Source: a virus
Taxonomy: Duplodnaviria; Heunggongvirae; Uroviricota; Caudoviricetes
IMG/VR virus record: IMGVR_UViG_2660238462_000003
DNA length: 28,867 nucleotides
Reading direction: 5' to 3' (one strand)
The translations under genes were made by a program, and so were the position numbers. A model generated the notes under the pieces. That model had not been told where the DNA came from, did no database searches, and saw nothing but the letters and a program-made list of their open reading frames with translations. How positions within the stretch are numbered: position 1 is the first letter of the stretch; each line of letters begins with the position of its first letter. Positions 1-7,830 of this stretch are shown here, in pieces.

Positions 1-258
1 ATGGCAATTTATTCTCTTGTTGATGAAAACGATTTGCGCACAATGAAGGACATTGATCGGTTCATTCGTGAAAAAGAGTGCATAGCACTTACCACGCTGG
101 CAAACTCAACACGCTGGAAAATGGAGCAGGCAGGTAAATTCCCGCGACGTATCAAGATCGGTGAACGTGCTGCAGGGTATCGACTTTCAGAGGTTCAGGC
201 ATGGATCCGTGGTGAGTGGCATCCTGGATGGAAACCTGGAAAAACAAAACAGCAATAA
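1..258 (+). CDS. AlpA-family winged-HTH DNA-binding protein (phage regulator / excisionase-like)
   Basis: 85 aa ORF; motif ...KFPRRIKIGERAAGYRLSEVQAWI typical of AlpA/Xis-like HTH; followed by terminator; true start could lie upstream of window or at an internal Met. Confidence 0.7.
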   Translation: MAIYSLVDENDLRTMKDIDRFIREKECIALTTLANSTRWKMEQAGKFPRRIKIGERAAGYRLSEVQAWIRGEWHPGWKPGKTKQQ

Positions 259-270
259 CCAGTAAATAAT

Positions 271-296
271 GCCCCTCATCACGAGGGGTTTTTTGT
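271..296 (+). terminator. Rho-independent terminator after alpA-like gene
   Basis: GC hairpin cccctc-atcac-gagggg (272-288) followed by T-run ttttttg. Confidence 0.55.
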
Positions 297-314
297 CTAT
301 AAGGTAAAAACGCG

Positions 315-893
315 ATGAATAAAAATATTGCCGTGACGGGCAAGGGGTACGCTCGTCCAGTGAAAAAATTCTGCGATATTCGTGATCTCGTCGTTCTGCG
401 CTTTGATAGTGTGAACGTTCGTGTGGTGTATCTGAACGGCGATCCGTGGTTTGTTGCAAAAGATGTTTGTGCTGCGCTGGAACTAACCAATTCGCGTACG
501 GCGTTGCAGATGCTTGATGATGATGAAAAGGGAGTAAATTTAACTTACACCCCAGGAGGAAATCAGAATATGAGAATTATCTCTGAGTCAGGTTTCTACA
601 AACTAATAGCCCGCAGCCGCAAAGCAACGACGCCTGGCACATTTGCTCATCGTTTCAGTAACTGGGTATTCAGAAATGTGATACCAGGTATCAGAAAAAC
701 GGGGACTTATGGTATCCCGTGGGGTGCATTACAGGATTTTTCCCGCCGTAAAGAGCAATATCAAATAAGTGCCAGCGAGAAGGGGAGGGAGCTACAGGCA
801 TGTAAGCGCAAAAAGCGTGAGCTGGAGGAAGAAGAAAAAACGCTGATACGTGAATATCAGCCTGAGTTTTACTTTGGTAACCGCATTCAGTGA
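315..893 (+). CDS. BRO-N domain protein (phage antirepressor-like) with charged coiled-coil C-terminus
   Basis: 192 aa; N-terminal ...FVAKDVCAALELTNSRTALQMLDDDEKG...SESGFYKLIARSRKA... resembles BRO-N/KilA-N family; C-terminal KRKKRELEEEEK. Confidence 0.6.
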   Translation: MNKNIAVTGKGYARPVKKFCDIRDLVVLRFDSVNVRVVYLNGDPWFVAKDVCAALELTNSRTALQMLDDDEKGVNLTYTPGGNQNMRIISESGFYKLIARSRKATTPGTFAHRFSNWVFRNVIPGIRKTGTYGIPWGALQDFSRRKEQYQISASEKGRELQACKRKKRELEEEEKTLIREYQPEFYFGNRIQ

Positions 894-902
894 CAAAACA
901 AA

Positions 903-923
903 GGCGACCGCAAAAGGGTCGCC
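903..923. terminator. Stem-loop (possible bidirectional terminator)
   Basis: ggcgacc-gcaaaag-ggtcgcc perfect 7-bp stem just after BRO-N stop; no clean T-run. Confidence 0.35.
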
Positions 924-1226
924 AGTGGGAACAAGGGAAAACAAAAGCATCACCAACAATGCCACATTTGCGGCTGGTGGGCAATGTGATCAGTCAGATT
1001 TGGTTCGTTCCAAGGTTTGCAACGAGAGCTTTTTCCTGTGCTCTTTAAGGAATTTCTCAAGAGCAAACGAACAAGGTGCGAATCTTTCTGATTCATGTTC
1101 ATGCGCTATATTTTTGCGTCGTCTCTTACGAGTTGGTGATGGTGTTTTGGTTGATTCTGTGTCGCTCATGGTGCTGTCCTGTAAAGCAATGCGCCTGCGT
1201 TCCTCAAACTATGGCGCTGATATTGG

Positions 1227-1532
1227 CTATTCATGCTCTTTGACCTTGCGTCGCTGGAGTTCTTCACGCGCGACGGTGACGAGTTGCCCGATCTCCTCGG
1301 CTGCTTTGATGCCGATTTGTTCGACCTTAGCCAGGGCATCCAGTGACGACACAAGGGGATTTTCTCCGCTGCCTTCTGCTTGGCGGCGGGCTATTTCTCC
1401 GCGCATGGCGGTTACGATAAATCCGGCATTGCTTTCACCGTCCAGCTTAACGGATTCCATCCCTTGCATAACATCTAGTGGGACTCTGACAGTTGTCAGT
1501 TGTGATTTTGCGTTTTTGTTAGCCGTTGCCAT
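1227..1532 (-). CDS. Small ribbon-helix-helix-like / DUF3950-like putative regulator (candidate island repressor)
   Basis: 101 aa; strong SD (AGGAG) 8 nt upstream; N-terminal TTVRVPLDVMQGMESVK...GFIVTAMRGEI looks like beta-strand + helix RHH; divergent from the replication operon. Confidence 0.5.
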   Translation of the reverse strand: MATANKNAKSQLTTVRVPLDVMQGMESVKLDGESNAGFIVTAMRGEIARRQAEGSGENPLVSSLDALAKVEQIGIKAAEEIGQLVTVAREELQRRKVKEHE

Positions 1533-1593
1533 TTCTGAAACTCCTAATCATCGGTGTGTTTCAGTATACACAAAAAAAGAAATACAAAAAGCC

Positions 1594-1630
1594 TTGACGT
1601 GTGTTTCATGCGCTCATAACATGAAACACA
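1594..1630. promoter_or_regulatory. Promoter-like TTGACG with overlapping perfect 10-bp inverted repeat operator
   Basis: TTGACG at 1594-1599; gtgtttcatg (1601-1610) and catgaaacac (1620-1629) are exact reverse complements separated by 9 bp; sits in the divergent region between the 1227..1532(-) gene and the 1913(+) operon. Confidence 0.4.
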
Positions 1631-1912
1631 CCGAAAGGATTGTTGAAATACAAAGAGCAACGCCCCGCAGTGCTGGGAACACATACGGGGCGTCTAACCA
1701 ACAACGTAAACTAGGAGCCGTTATGGTTGCTGTAAATCATATACCACACCTTGTACACACACAAACGGCCTTTGTGTGGCGTTTTCTGGCACTGAGTGCC
1801 GGAGAATCTCAAATCATCCACGTAACCGCCTGGACGGAACGCGAAGCGCGTAGCCGTTGCCCGTCCGGTTGTGTTGCTGTATTCGCTGCAAAAATCCGCC
1901 AGGGAGTGAGTC

Positions 1913-2098
1913 ATGCTTAAAACCTTCCGTGTATTTGCCCGAGCTGTTAACCCAATAGGCCACACAATTGGTATCGCTCAGAATGTGAAGGCTGTTAATG
2001 TTCAGACGGCTATTGCTGCGGTGAGAAGCGAATCATCAGAATATGGCTTATCACAAGTCATTATTTCAGCAGTGTATGAATTAAAAGAGGTGCATTAA
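1913..2098 (+). CDS. Hypothetical small protein (61 aa), first gene of replication operon
   Basis: SD GGGAG upstream; stop overlaps next start (TAATG). Confidence 0.4.
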   Translation: MLKTFRVFARAVNPIGHTIGIAQNVKAVNVQTAIAAVRSESSEYGLSQVIISAVYELKEVH

Positions 2099-2289
2099 TG
2101 CAGGAAATTACATTACACGAAGCCGCTGAACGTGCGCACCAGACAGAAATTATTTGCCGCCTTCTTGAGGTATACCCGAACAAAATTACAGATGCTGATA
2201 TATCCGCACTGGCGAGCCTACTGGCGCGTCTTTCGGGAAGTGTCGCTAGTTTTTTGATTGAGGAAGAAAGTAAGCTGGTGGGGGATTAA
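2098..2289 (+). CDS. Hypothetical small protein (63 aa)
   Basis: Translationally coupled in operon; no recognisable motif. Confidence 0.4.
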   Translation: MQEITLHEAAERAHQTEIICRLLEVYPNKITDADISALASLLARLSGSVASFLIEEESKLVGD

Positions 2290-2511
2290 ATGAATACAGA
2301 ACGGGAAGTCTTTTTTAAATTGTTAGCATGTGCAGAAAGTTCATTAACTTTAAATAATTCAGCAAAAGCAATATTAAATATGTGGCTTGATTGCATAAAT
2401 GACAATGAAGATGCAAATATTGCTTATGGCCTGTTGTCACTTATTGATGAATCAGCAGAAAAACTCAATGACGCAATAAATAGTGCCCTGCTATCAAATA
2501 AGTCGAGTTAA
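2290..2511 (+). CDS. Hypothetical small protein (73 aa), AT-rich codon usage
   Basis: SD GGGGGA upstream; composition markedly more AT-rich than neighbours. Confidence 0.4.
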   Translation: MNTEREVFFKLLACAESSLTLNNSAKAILNMWLDCINDNEDANIAYGLLSLIDESAEKLNDAINSALLSNKSS

Positions 2512-2528
2512 GTCGAGGAATAAATAAT

Positions 2529-2828
2529 ATGGAAATGAAAAATTCTGGCTTTATTGCCAGCGGCCCCGCTCGACCTGAATTTATGAACGGCGATATTTAC
2601 CGCGATAAATACGGCGGCACGGTAACGATTAAAGGCGTGGCAGAACGGCGCATCACTTACCGCCGTGAGGGGTATAGCTATGACTGCGTGATGCCTGTTT
2701 ATCAGTTCCGGCGTGATTTTCCCCTGGTATATGCCGCACCCCGCAGTAAGCCCATCAGCAGGGAAAAAGCGTGGGGAAATATCCAGAAAATGAAAACCAT
2801 GATTAACGGATTCAGAGGTAAAAAATGA
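2529..2828 (+). CDS. Hypothetical protein (99 aa) translationally coupled to primase
   Basis: SD AGGAA upstream; stop overlaps primase start (ATGA). Confidence 0.45.
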   Translation: MEMKNSGFIASGPARPEFMNGDIYRDKYGGTVTIKGVAERRITYRREGYSYDCVMPVYQFRRDFPLVYAAPRSKPISREKAWGNIQKMKTMINGFRGKK

Positions 2829-4579
2829 AACTGGCACCGAACGTAAAACAGCAGTCACGCGGCATAAAACACAAAGGAACAGAAGTCATTATTTTTGCGG
2901 GTAGTGATGCCTGGGCACACGCGAAACAATGGCAGGAACATGATGCGCGTATGGCCGGAGATAATGAGCCTCCTGTGTGGCTTGGGGAGCAGCAGCTATC
3001 CGAACTGGATAATCTGCAAATTGTGCCGGAAGGCCGAAAATCAGCACGCATATACAGGGCCGGATATCTTGCGCCTGTAATGATAAAGGCGATTGGTCAG
3101 AAGCTGGCGGCAGCAGGCGTACAGGATGCAAATTTTTATCCTGAGGGTATGCACGGCCAGGAGGTGCAGAACTGGCGCGAATATCTGGCCCGTGAACGCC
3201 AGAATCTTTCTGATGGTCTGGTCATTGAGCTTCCGGTAAAGCAAAAGGCGCAACTTTCGCAGATGGCGGACAGTGAGCGCGCGCAGTTGCTTGCCGATCG
3301 CTTTGATGGCGTTTGCGTACATCCTGAAAGTGAAATCGTTCACGTATGGCGCGGCGGGGTATGGTGTCCGGTCAGCACAATGGAACTTAGCCGCGAAATG
3401 GTGGCGATCTATTCAGAGCACAGGGCCACTTTCAGCAAGCGCGTAATCAATAACGCCGTGGAAGCGTTAAAAGTTATTGCCGAACCAATGGGCGAGCCGT
3501 CTGGCGATTTGCTGCCGTTCGCCAATGGTGCGCTTGACCTGAAAACGGGGGAATTTTCCCCGCACACGCCGGAGAACTGGATCACCACGCACAACGGCAT
3601 TGAGTACACGCCACCAGCACCAGGGGAGAACATCCGCGATAACGCGCCAAACTTTCATAAATGGCTTGAGCACGCAGCCGGAAAAGACCCGCGCAAGATG
3701 ATGCGTATATGTGCCGCGCTGTACATGATTATGGCGAACCGGTACGACTGGCAGATGTTTATTGAGGCCACCGGAGACGGCGGGAGCGGTAAAAGTACAT
3801 TCACACACATAGCCAGCCTTCTGGCAGGGAAACAGAACACGGTAAGCGCTGAAATGACATCGCTTGATGATGCTGGTGGACGTGCGCAGGTTGTCGGGAG
3901 TCGTCTTATCGTCCTGGCTGACCAGCCGAAATATACAGGCGAAGGAACGGGCATCAAGAAAATCACAGGCGGCGACCCCGTGGAAATTAACCCGAAATAT
4001 GAAAAGCGTTTCACGGCGGTAATCAGGGCGGTGGTGCTGGCGACCAACAACAACCCGATGATATTCACCGAACGGGCCGGAGGTGTGGCACGTCGTCGCG
4101 TGATTTTCCGTTTCGACAATATCGTCAGTGAGGCCGAAAAAGACAGGGAGCTACCGGAAAAGATTGCGGCTGAAATCCCCGTTATTATCCGCCGATTGCT
4201 GGCGAACTTTACCGACCCTGAGAAGGCACGGGCTTTACTACTGGAACAGCGTGACGGTGATGAAGCACTGGCAATAAAGCAACAGACGGATCCGGTTATT
4301 GAGTTTTGCCAGTTCCTGAATTTTCTGGAGGAAGCGCGCGGCCTGATGATGGGTGGCGGTGGTGATTCAGTGAAGTACACGACCAGGAACAGCCTTTACC
4401 GCGTCTATCTGGCGTTTATGGCATACGCGGGCAGGAGCAAACCGCTAAACGTGGCTGAGTTCAGCAAGGCCATGAAGCCAGCGGCGAAAGTTTACGGGCA
4501 TGAATATATTACGCGAAAAGTTAAGGGAGTAACGCAGACCAACGCAATTACAACAGACGATTGCGACGCGTTTTTATAA
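2825..4579 (+). CDS. P4-family / D5-type primase-helicase (satellite replication protein)
   Basis: 584 aa; Walker A GDGGSGKST and surrounding D5_N/primase-C-like architecture; followed directly by iteron array. Confidence 0.85.
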   Translation: MKLAPNVKQQSRGIKHKGTEVIIFAGSDAWAHAKQWQEHDARMAGDNEPPVWLGEQQLSELDNLQIVPEGRKSARIYRAGYLAPVMIKAIGQKLAAAGVQDANFYPEGMHGQEVQNWREYLARERQNLSDGLVIELPVKQKAQLSQMADSERAQLLADRFDGVCVHPESEIVHVWRGGVWCPVSTMELSREMVAIYSEHRATFSKRVINNAVEALKVIAEPMGEPSGDLLPFANGALDLKTGEFSPHTPENWITTHNGIEYTPPAPGENIRDNAPNFHKWLEHAAGKDPRKMMRICAALYMIMANRYDWQMFIEATGDGGSGKSTFTHIASLLAGKQNTVSAEMTSLDDAGGRAQVVGSRLIVLADQPKYTGEGTGIKKITGGDPVEINPKYEKRFTAVIRAVVLATNNNPMIFTERAGGVARRRVIFRFDNIVSEAEKDRELPEKIAAEIPVIIRRLLANFTDPEKARALLLEQRDGDEALAIKQQTDPVIEFCQFLNFLEEARGLMMGGGGDSVKYTTRNSLYRVYLAFMAYAGRSKPLNVAEFSKAMKPAAKVYGHEYITRKVKGVTQTNAITTDDCDAFL

Positions 4580-4589
4580 TTTTTTGTAA

Positions 4590-4815
4590 AAGCCATCTAC
4601 CCCATCTACCTGAACAAAATAAACGCATATTATTCAACATGATAAGTGGGTATAGGGCTAGGTAGAAGGCTAATAAAAGCTCTCTACCTCTTCTACCTGA
4701 TTTTATCAGTTTCAGGTAGCAGGGTAGACGGCAGGTAGAGGAGTCAAAAAGCTATCTACCCGCTGAAAGCCGCGCCATTACTGACATGATGAGCATTCGG
4801 GTAGATGGGTAGAGG
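4590..4815. repeat. Iteron array, putative satellite replication origin
   Basis: At least 11 copies of (A/T)CTACC / GGTAG(A/T) core in both orientations (e.g. catctaccccatctacctga, ctctacctcttctacctga, tcaggtagcagggtagacggcaggtagagg, gggtagatgggtagagg); AT-rich flank; immediately 3' of primase. Confidence 0.6.
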
Positions 4816-4864
4816 GGGGGAGGCACAACTAAAAACTTTTTAAACGAGGGGGGGGTGAAAATAA

Positions 4865-5179
4865 ATGCGCATACATAAAAATCACTTAATAAACATGCCA
4901 GCCGAAAACATGAATCAGGGGCGACAAATGACCAAAATTCGCAGAGACAGAACACAGGCAAAATATAAAGCGTTAGACATGACAGAGCTTTCCTTAAAGG
5001 TGGCAATCAAAGCGATAGACCACCACACACGGGCAGGATACGCGAAGGAACATCCCGACCTGATAAGCGCATTCATGACCACAGCAGCGGCAAACTTTGC
5101 CACGCTGACAGAACGGGAGATTGCCGAAGCGGAACAGGTGACAACCATCAATGTTAAAACCGGAGAGCAGACAGCATGA
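4865..5179 (+). CDS. Hypothetical protein (104 aa; alternative start at 4919)
   Basis: ORF with stop overlapping SSB start; purine-rich SD-like sequence upstream of both candidate starts; G8 tract immediately upstream. Confidence 0.4.
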   Translation: MRIHKNHLINMPAENMNQGRQMTKIRRDRTQAKYKALDMTELSLKVAIKAIDHHTRAGYAKEHPDLISAFMTTAAANFATLTEREIAEAEQVTTINVKTGEQTA

Positions 5180-5625
5180 CAGCACAGATAGCGGCTTACG
5201 GGCGGCTGGTGGCTGACCCGCAGTTAAAGACCACCAGCAAAGGGACACAAATGGCGATGGCGAGTATGGCGGTTCCCCTGCCGTGCAGCCAGGCAGATGA
5301 CGGAACGGCGACGATGTGGTTATCCGTCCTGGCGTTTGGCAGACAGGCCGACGCACTGGCAAAACACCACAAAGGCGAACTGGTGAGCGTGGCGGGTAAC
5401 ATGCAGGTAAGCCAGTGGACAGGCCAGAACGGCGAAACGCGGCGGGGCTGGCAGGTTATCGCAGACAGCGTAATCAGTGCGCGAACGGCGCGACCGGGCG
5501 GCAAAAAAGGCCAACAGGGGCAGGCTACTGACGAACTGAACAGAGCAAAACAACAGGCAGATCAGCAAGGAAGCCAGCCACCAGTGGGAGATAATGAGCA
5601 ATGGGGAGATGATATCCCGTTTTAA
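5176..5625 (+). CDS. Single-stranded DNA-binding protein (SSB-like, divergent)
   Basis: 149 aa; OB-fold-like N-terminus alignable to E. coli SSB, Q/G-rich linker, C-terminal acidic tail ending DDIPF. Confidence 0.75.
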   Translation: MTAQIAAYGRLVADPQLKTTSKGTQMAMASMAVPLPCSQADDGTATMWLSVLAFGRQADALAKHHKGELVSVAGNMQVSQWTGQNGETRRGWQVIADSVISARTARPGGKKGQQGQATDELNRAKQQADQQGSQPPVGDNEQWGDDIPF

Positions 5626-5642
5626 ATATTGCCAATAAAAAA

Positions 5643-5667
5643 GGCCGGAAAAAATAAATTTTCCGGC
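5643..5667 (+). terminator. Stem-loop between ssb-like and capsid genes (possible attenuator)
   Basis: ggccggaaaa-aataaa-ttttccggc inverted repeat; no T-run. Confidence 0.3.
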
Positions 5668-5841
5668 ATGCTACATAAATCCCGACCAAAGGGAGTGAAG
5701 ATATTAACACTAATTGTCCGCACTGAAGTTGTCACCCCAAAACTTTATACAACATTGCACTCGGTTGCATGTGTTCGCATGACAAATATCGGTGGTAGCA
5801 TATATCCACAATTATTTTTAATGAATGCAAAGAGGATGCGT

Positions 5842-6882
5842 ATGGTTGATTTATATTCGCCTACTCAGCTTGTACAGGTGGTTAATGCTGTAGATGTACA
5901 AAAACAACTAAATGCGTTGTTTACCAGTTTGTTTTTTACTCGCTCGGTAATGTTTGAATCGCGCGATATTATTCTTGATACAATCGACGATCCAAATATC
6001 CCAATTGCAGCGTTTTGTTCTCCTATGGTGGGTAGTAAAGTTTCACGTGACGAAGGGTACGAATCAAAAACAATTCGTCCAGGCTATATGAAGCCGAAAA
6101 GCAGCATTGATCCAAATAAGTTAGCTGTGCGCCCTGCTGGTGTATCACCTGAGCAATACAATGCTTTTGGGGCACGTAATATTAAAGTTAAACAGGCGAT
6201 TGTAAATCAGGCTAAAGCTATTCGTGCACGTATTGAATGGCTTGCTGTTCAGGCAATCACAACGGGGAAAAATATCATTGAGGGCGATGGTATTGAACGT
6301 TATGAGCTGGACTGGAATATAAAACCACAAAATATCATCACTCAGTCTGGCGGTACTGAGTGGTCAGGTAAGGATAAAGAAACTTTTGATCCAAATGATG
6401 ATATTGAGAGCTACGCAGAATTTAGTGAGGGCGTCACTAATATCATCATTATGGGTGGTAATGTATGGAAGAAATACCGTTCATTCAGAGCGATAAAAGA
6501 GGCTTTGGATACCCGTCGTGGTTCTAATTCCGAACTGGAAACGGCCCTTAAAGACCTTGGTGATTCGGTGAGTTTTAAAGGGTATATGGGCGATGTTGCG
6601 ATTGTTGTTTACAGCGGGCGTTATACCGACGAGGACGGAACAGAAAAACATTTCCTTGATCCTGATTTGATGGTGCTTGGCAATACGGCTCTTCAGGGGA
6701 TTGTCGCCTATGGCGGTATTCAGGATCCGGAGCTAATCCGAATGGGGCTGACTAAAGCCGAACTTGCACCGAAAAACTATATTGTGCCTGGTGATCCGGC
6801 TATTGAATATGTGCAGACACATTCAGCACCACAGCCAATACCGGCCCGCATCAATCGTTTTGTTACCGTTCGCATTGGCTAA
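5842..6882 (+). CDS. Major capsid protein, lambda gpE family
   Basis: Shared blocks with lambda gpE as recalled: NITQSGGTEWS, DTRRGSNSELETA, GDVAIVVYSG, MVLGNT, PGY.KPK; start chosen at ATG 5842 (SD GAGG 6 nt upstream; ORF opens at 5629); about 347 aa vs 341 for gpE. Confidence 0.85.
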   Translation: MVDLYSPTQLVQVVNAVDVQKQLNALFTSLFFTRSVMFESRDIILDTIDDPNIPIAAFCSPMVGSKVSRDEGYESKTIRPGYMKPKSSIDPNKLAVRPAGVSPEQYNAFGARNIKVKQAIVNQAKAIRARIEWLAVQAITTGKNIIEGDGIERYELDWNIKPQNIITQSGGTEWSGKDKETFDPNDDIESYAEFSEGVTNIIIMGGNVWKKYRSFRAIKEALDTRRGSNSELETALKDLGDSVSFKGYMGDVAIVVYSGRYTDEDGTEKHFLDPDLMVLGNTALQGIVAYGGIQDPELIRMGLTKAELAPKNYIVPGDPAIEYVQTHSAPQPIPARINRFVTVRIG

Positions 6883-6891
6883 GGGGGAGCA

Positions 6892-7233
6892 ATGGCTACT
6901 CATTACACTGAACTCATGGCTGGCACTGAAGCACTGGTGACTACGCTGGGGATATTTTCAGCTAATAAAGGGGTAATTCCTGCATTTACGCCACTGATGC
7001 AGGAAGATGCAACAGGTGCACTGGTGGTATGGGATGGTTCGAGCGTAGGTAAAGCGGTTTATGTTTCCGCTGTACAAATCGACACAGCGAAAAAAACACA
7101 GGCACAGGTTTATAAGACAGGTGTTTTAAATGTTGATGCTCTGAACTGGCCTGAGTCTGTAAAAGAACTGTCGGCAAAGGTTGCCGCGTTTGTTGGCTCA
7201 GGTATTTCTGTTCAGCCGCTGGCTCGTGTGTAA
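6892..7233 (+). CDS. Head decoration protein, lambda gpD family
   Basis: 113 aa; PAFTPLMQEDATGALVVWDGSSVGKAV and WPE...AFVGSGISV align with lambda gpD; strong SD AAGGGGGAG. Confidence 0.7.
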   Translation: MATHYTELMAGTEALVTTLGIFSANKGVIPAFTPLMQEDATGALVVWDGSSVGKAVYVSAVQIDTAKKTQAQVYKTGVLNVDALNWPESVKELSAKVAAFVGSGISVQPLARV

Positions 7234-7244
7234 AGGGGGATACA

Positions 7245-7628
7245 ATGCAGAATCATTACAATGACCTTAAGCCAATTGCCGAAATGATGTATCCGGATCC
7301 AGCAGTAGAGGAATTAAAGGCTATTGCTGACAAAATGCGTTTAAGTGAACGCCTTGTTGATATGAATCAGGTGATGGAACTTACTACCCTTAGCCGTCGC
7401 ACATTGCTAAACCTTGAGGCTAGTGGAGAGTTCCCGGAGCGTGTGCAGGTTACGGAAGGGCGTAAGGCCTGGTATTTAAGTGAAGTGATCGACTGGATAA
7501 ACAATATTCCTCGATCTTCTGAATATTGCCGCGTACCTGTCCCAAAAAAGCCAGATGCGGCGCTATGCCTCAAGATTGAGCGTGTACGTCGCAATGCACG
7601 GGATGGTCGCTATAAGTTGATTGGTTGA
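7245..7628 (+). CDS. AlpA-like winged-HTH DNA-binding protein (second copy) immediately upstream of cos
   Basis: 127 aa; MNQVMELTTLSRRTLLNLEASGEFPERVQV...AWYLSEVIDWI matches AlpA/Xis-like HTH; strong SD AAGGGGGA. Confidence 0.6.
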   Translation: MQNHYNDLKPIAEMMYPDPAVEELKAIADKMRLSERLVDMNQVMELTTLSRRTLLNLEASGEFPERVQVTEGRKAWYLSEVIDWINNIPRSSEYCRVPVPKKPDAALCLKIERVRRNARDGRYKLIG

Positions 7629-7650
7629 TGAAATTAGGGCCCGTTCTGGC

Positions 7651-7830
7651 TGGCGGGTCCTTTCCGGCGATCCGGTAGGCTACGGGGCGGCGACCTCGCG
7701 GGTTTTCGCTATTTATGAGCCTTTTTCGGGTGCTGGTGGTGGTTTTGTTGTTCGCTCTATCTCTATGAATAAAAAGGAAAAGATAAAGCCAATACACCAA
7801 CCTGAAACATTACTTAAGTGGGGATATTGA
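7651..7830 (+). other. Lambda-type cos site (cosQ - cosN - cosB)
   Basis: 7685-7696 GGGCGGCGACCT equals the lambda cohesive end; following CGCGGGTTTTCGCTATTTATGA matches the lambda left end; preceding GGGTCCTTTCCGGCGATCCGGTAGGCTACG closely matches the lambda right end (cosQ); downstream cosB region diverges. Confidence 0.8.

Noticed and set aside
850-1920. 356-aa plus-strand ORF
   Set aside because: Antisense to the well-supported 1227..1532 gene, Ser/Cys/Arg-rich low-complexity translation, no SD; treated as non-coding.
3655-4380. 241-aa minus-strand ORF inside primase gene
   Set aside because: Fully antisense to the primase-helicase CDS, with Ser/Arg/Ile-rich low-complexity translation; typical shadow ORF.
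7621-7830. 69-aa plus-strand ORF
   Set aside because: Spans the cos site; sequence here is explained by cosQ/cosN/cosB.
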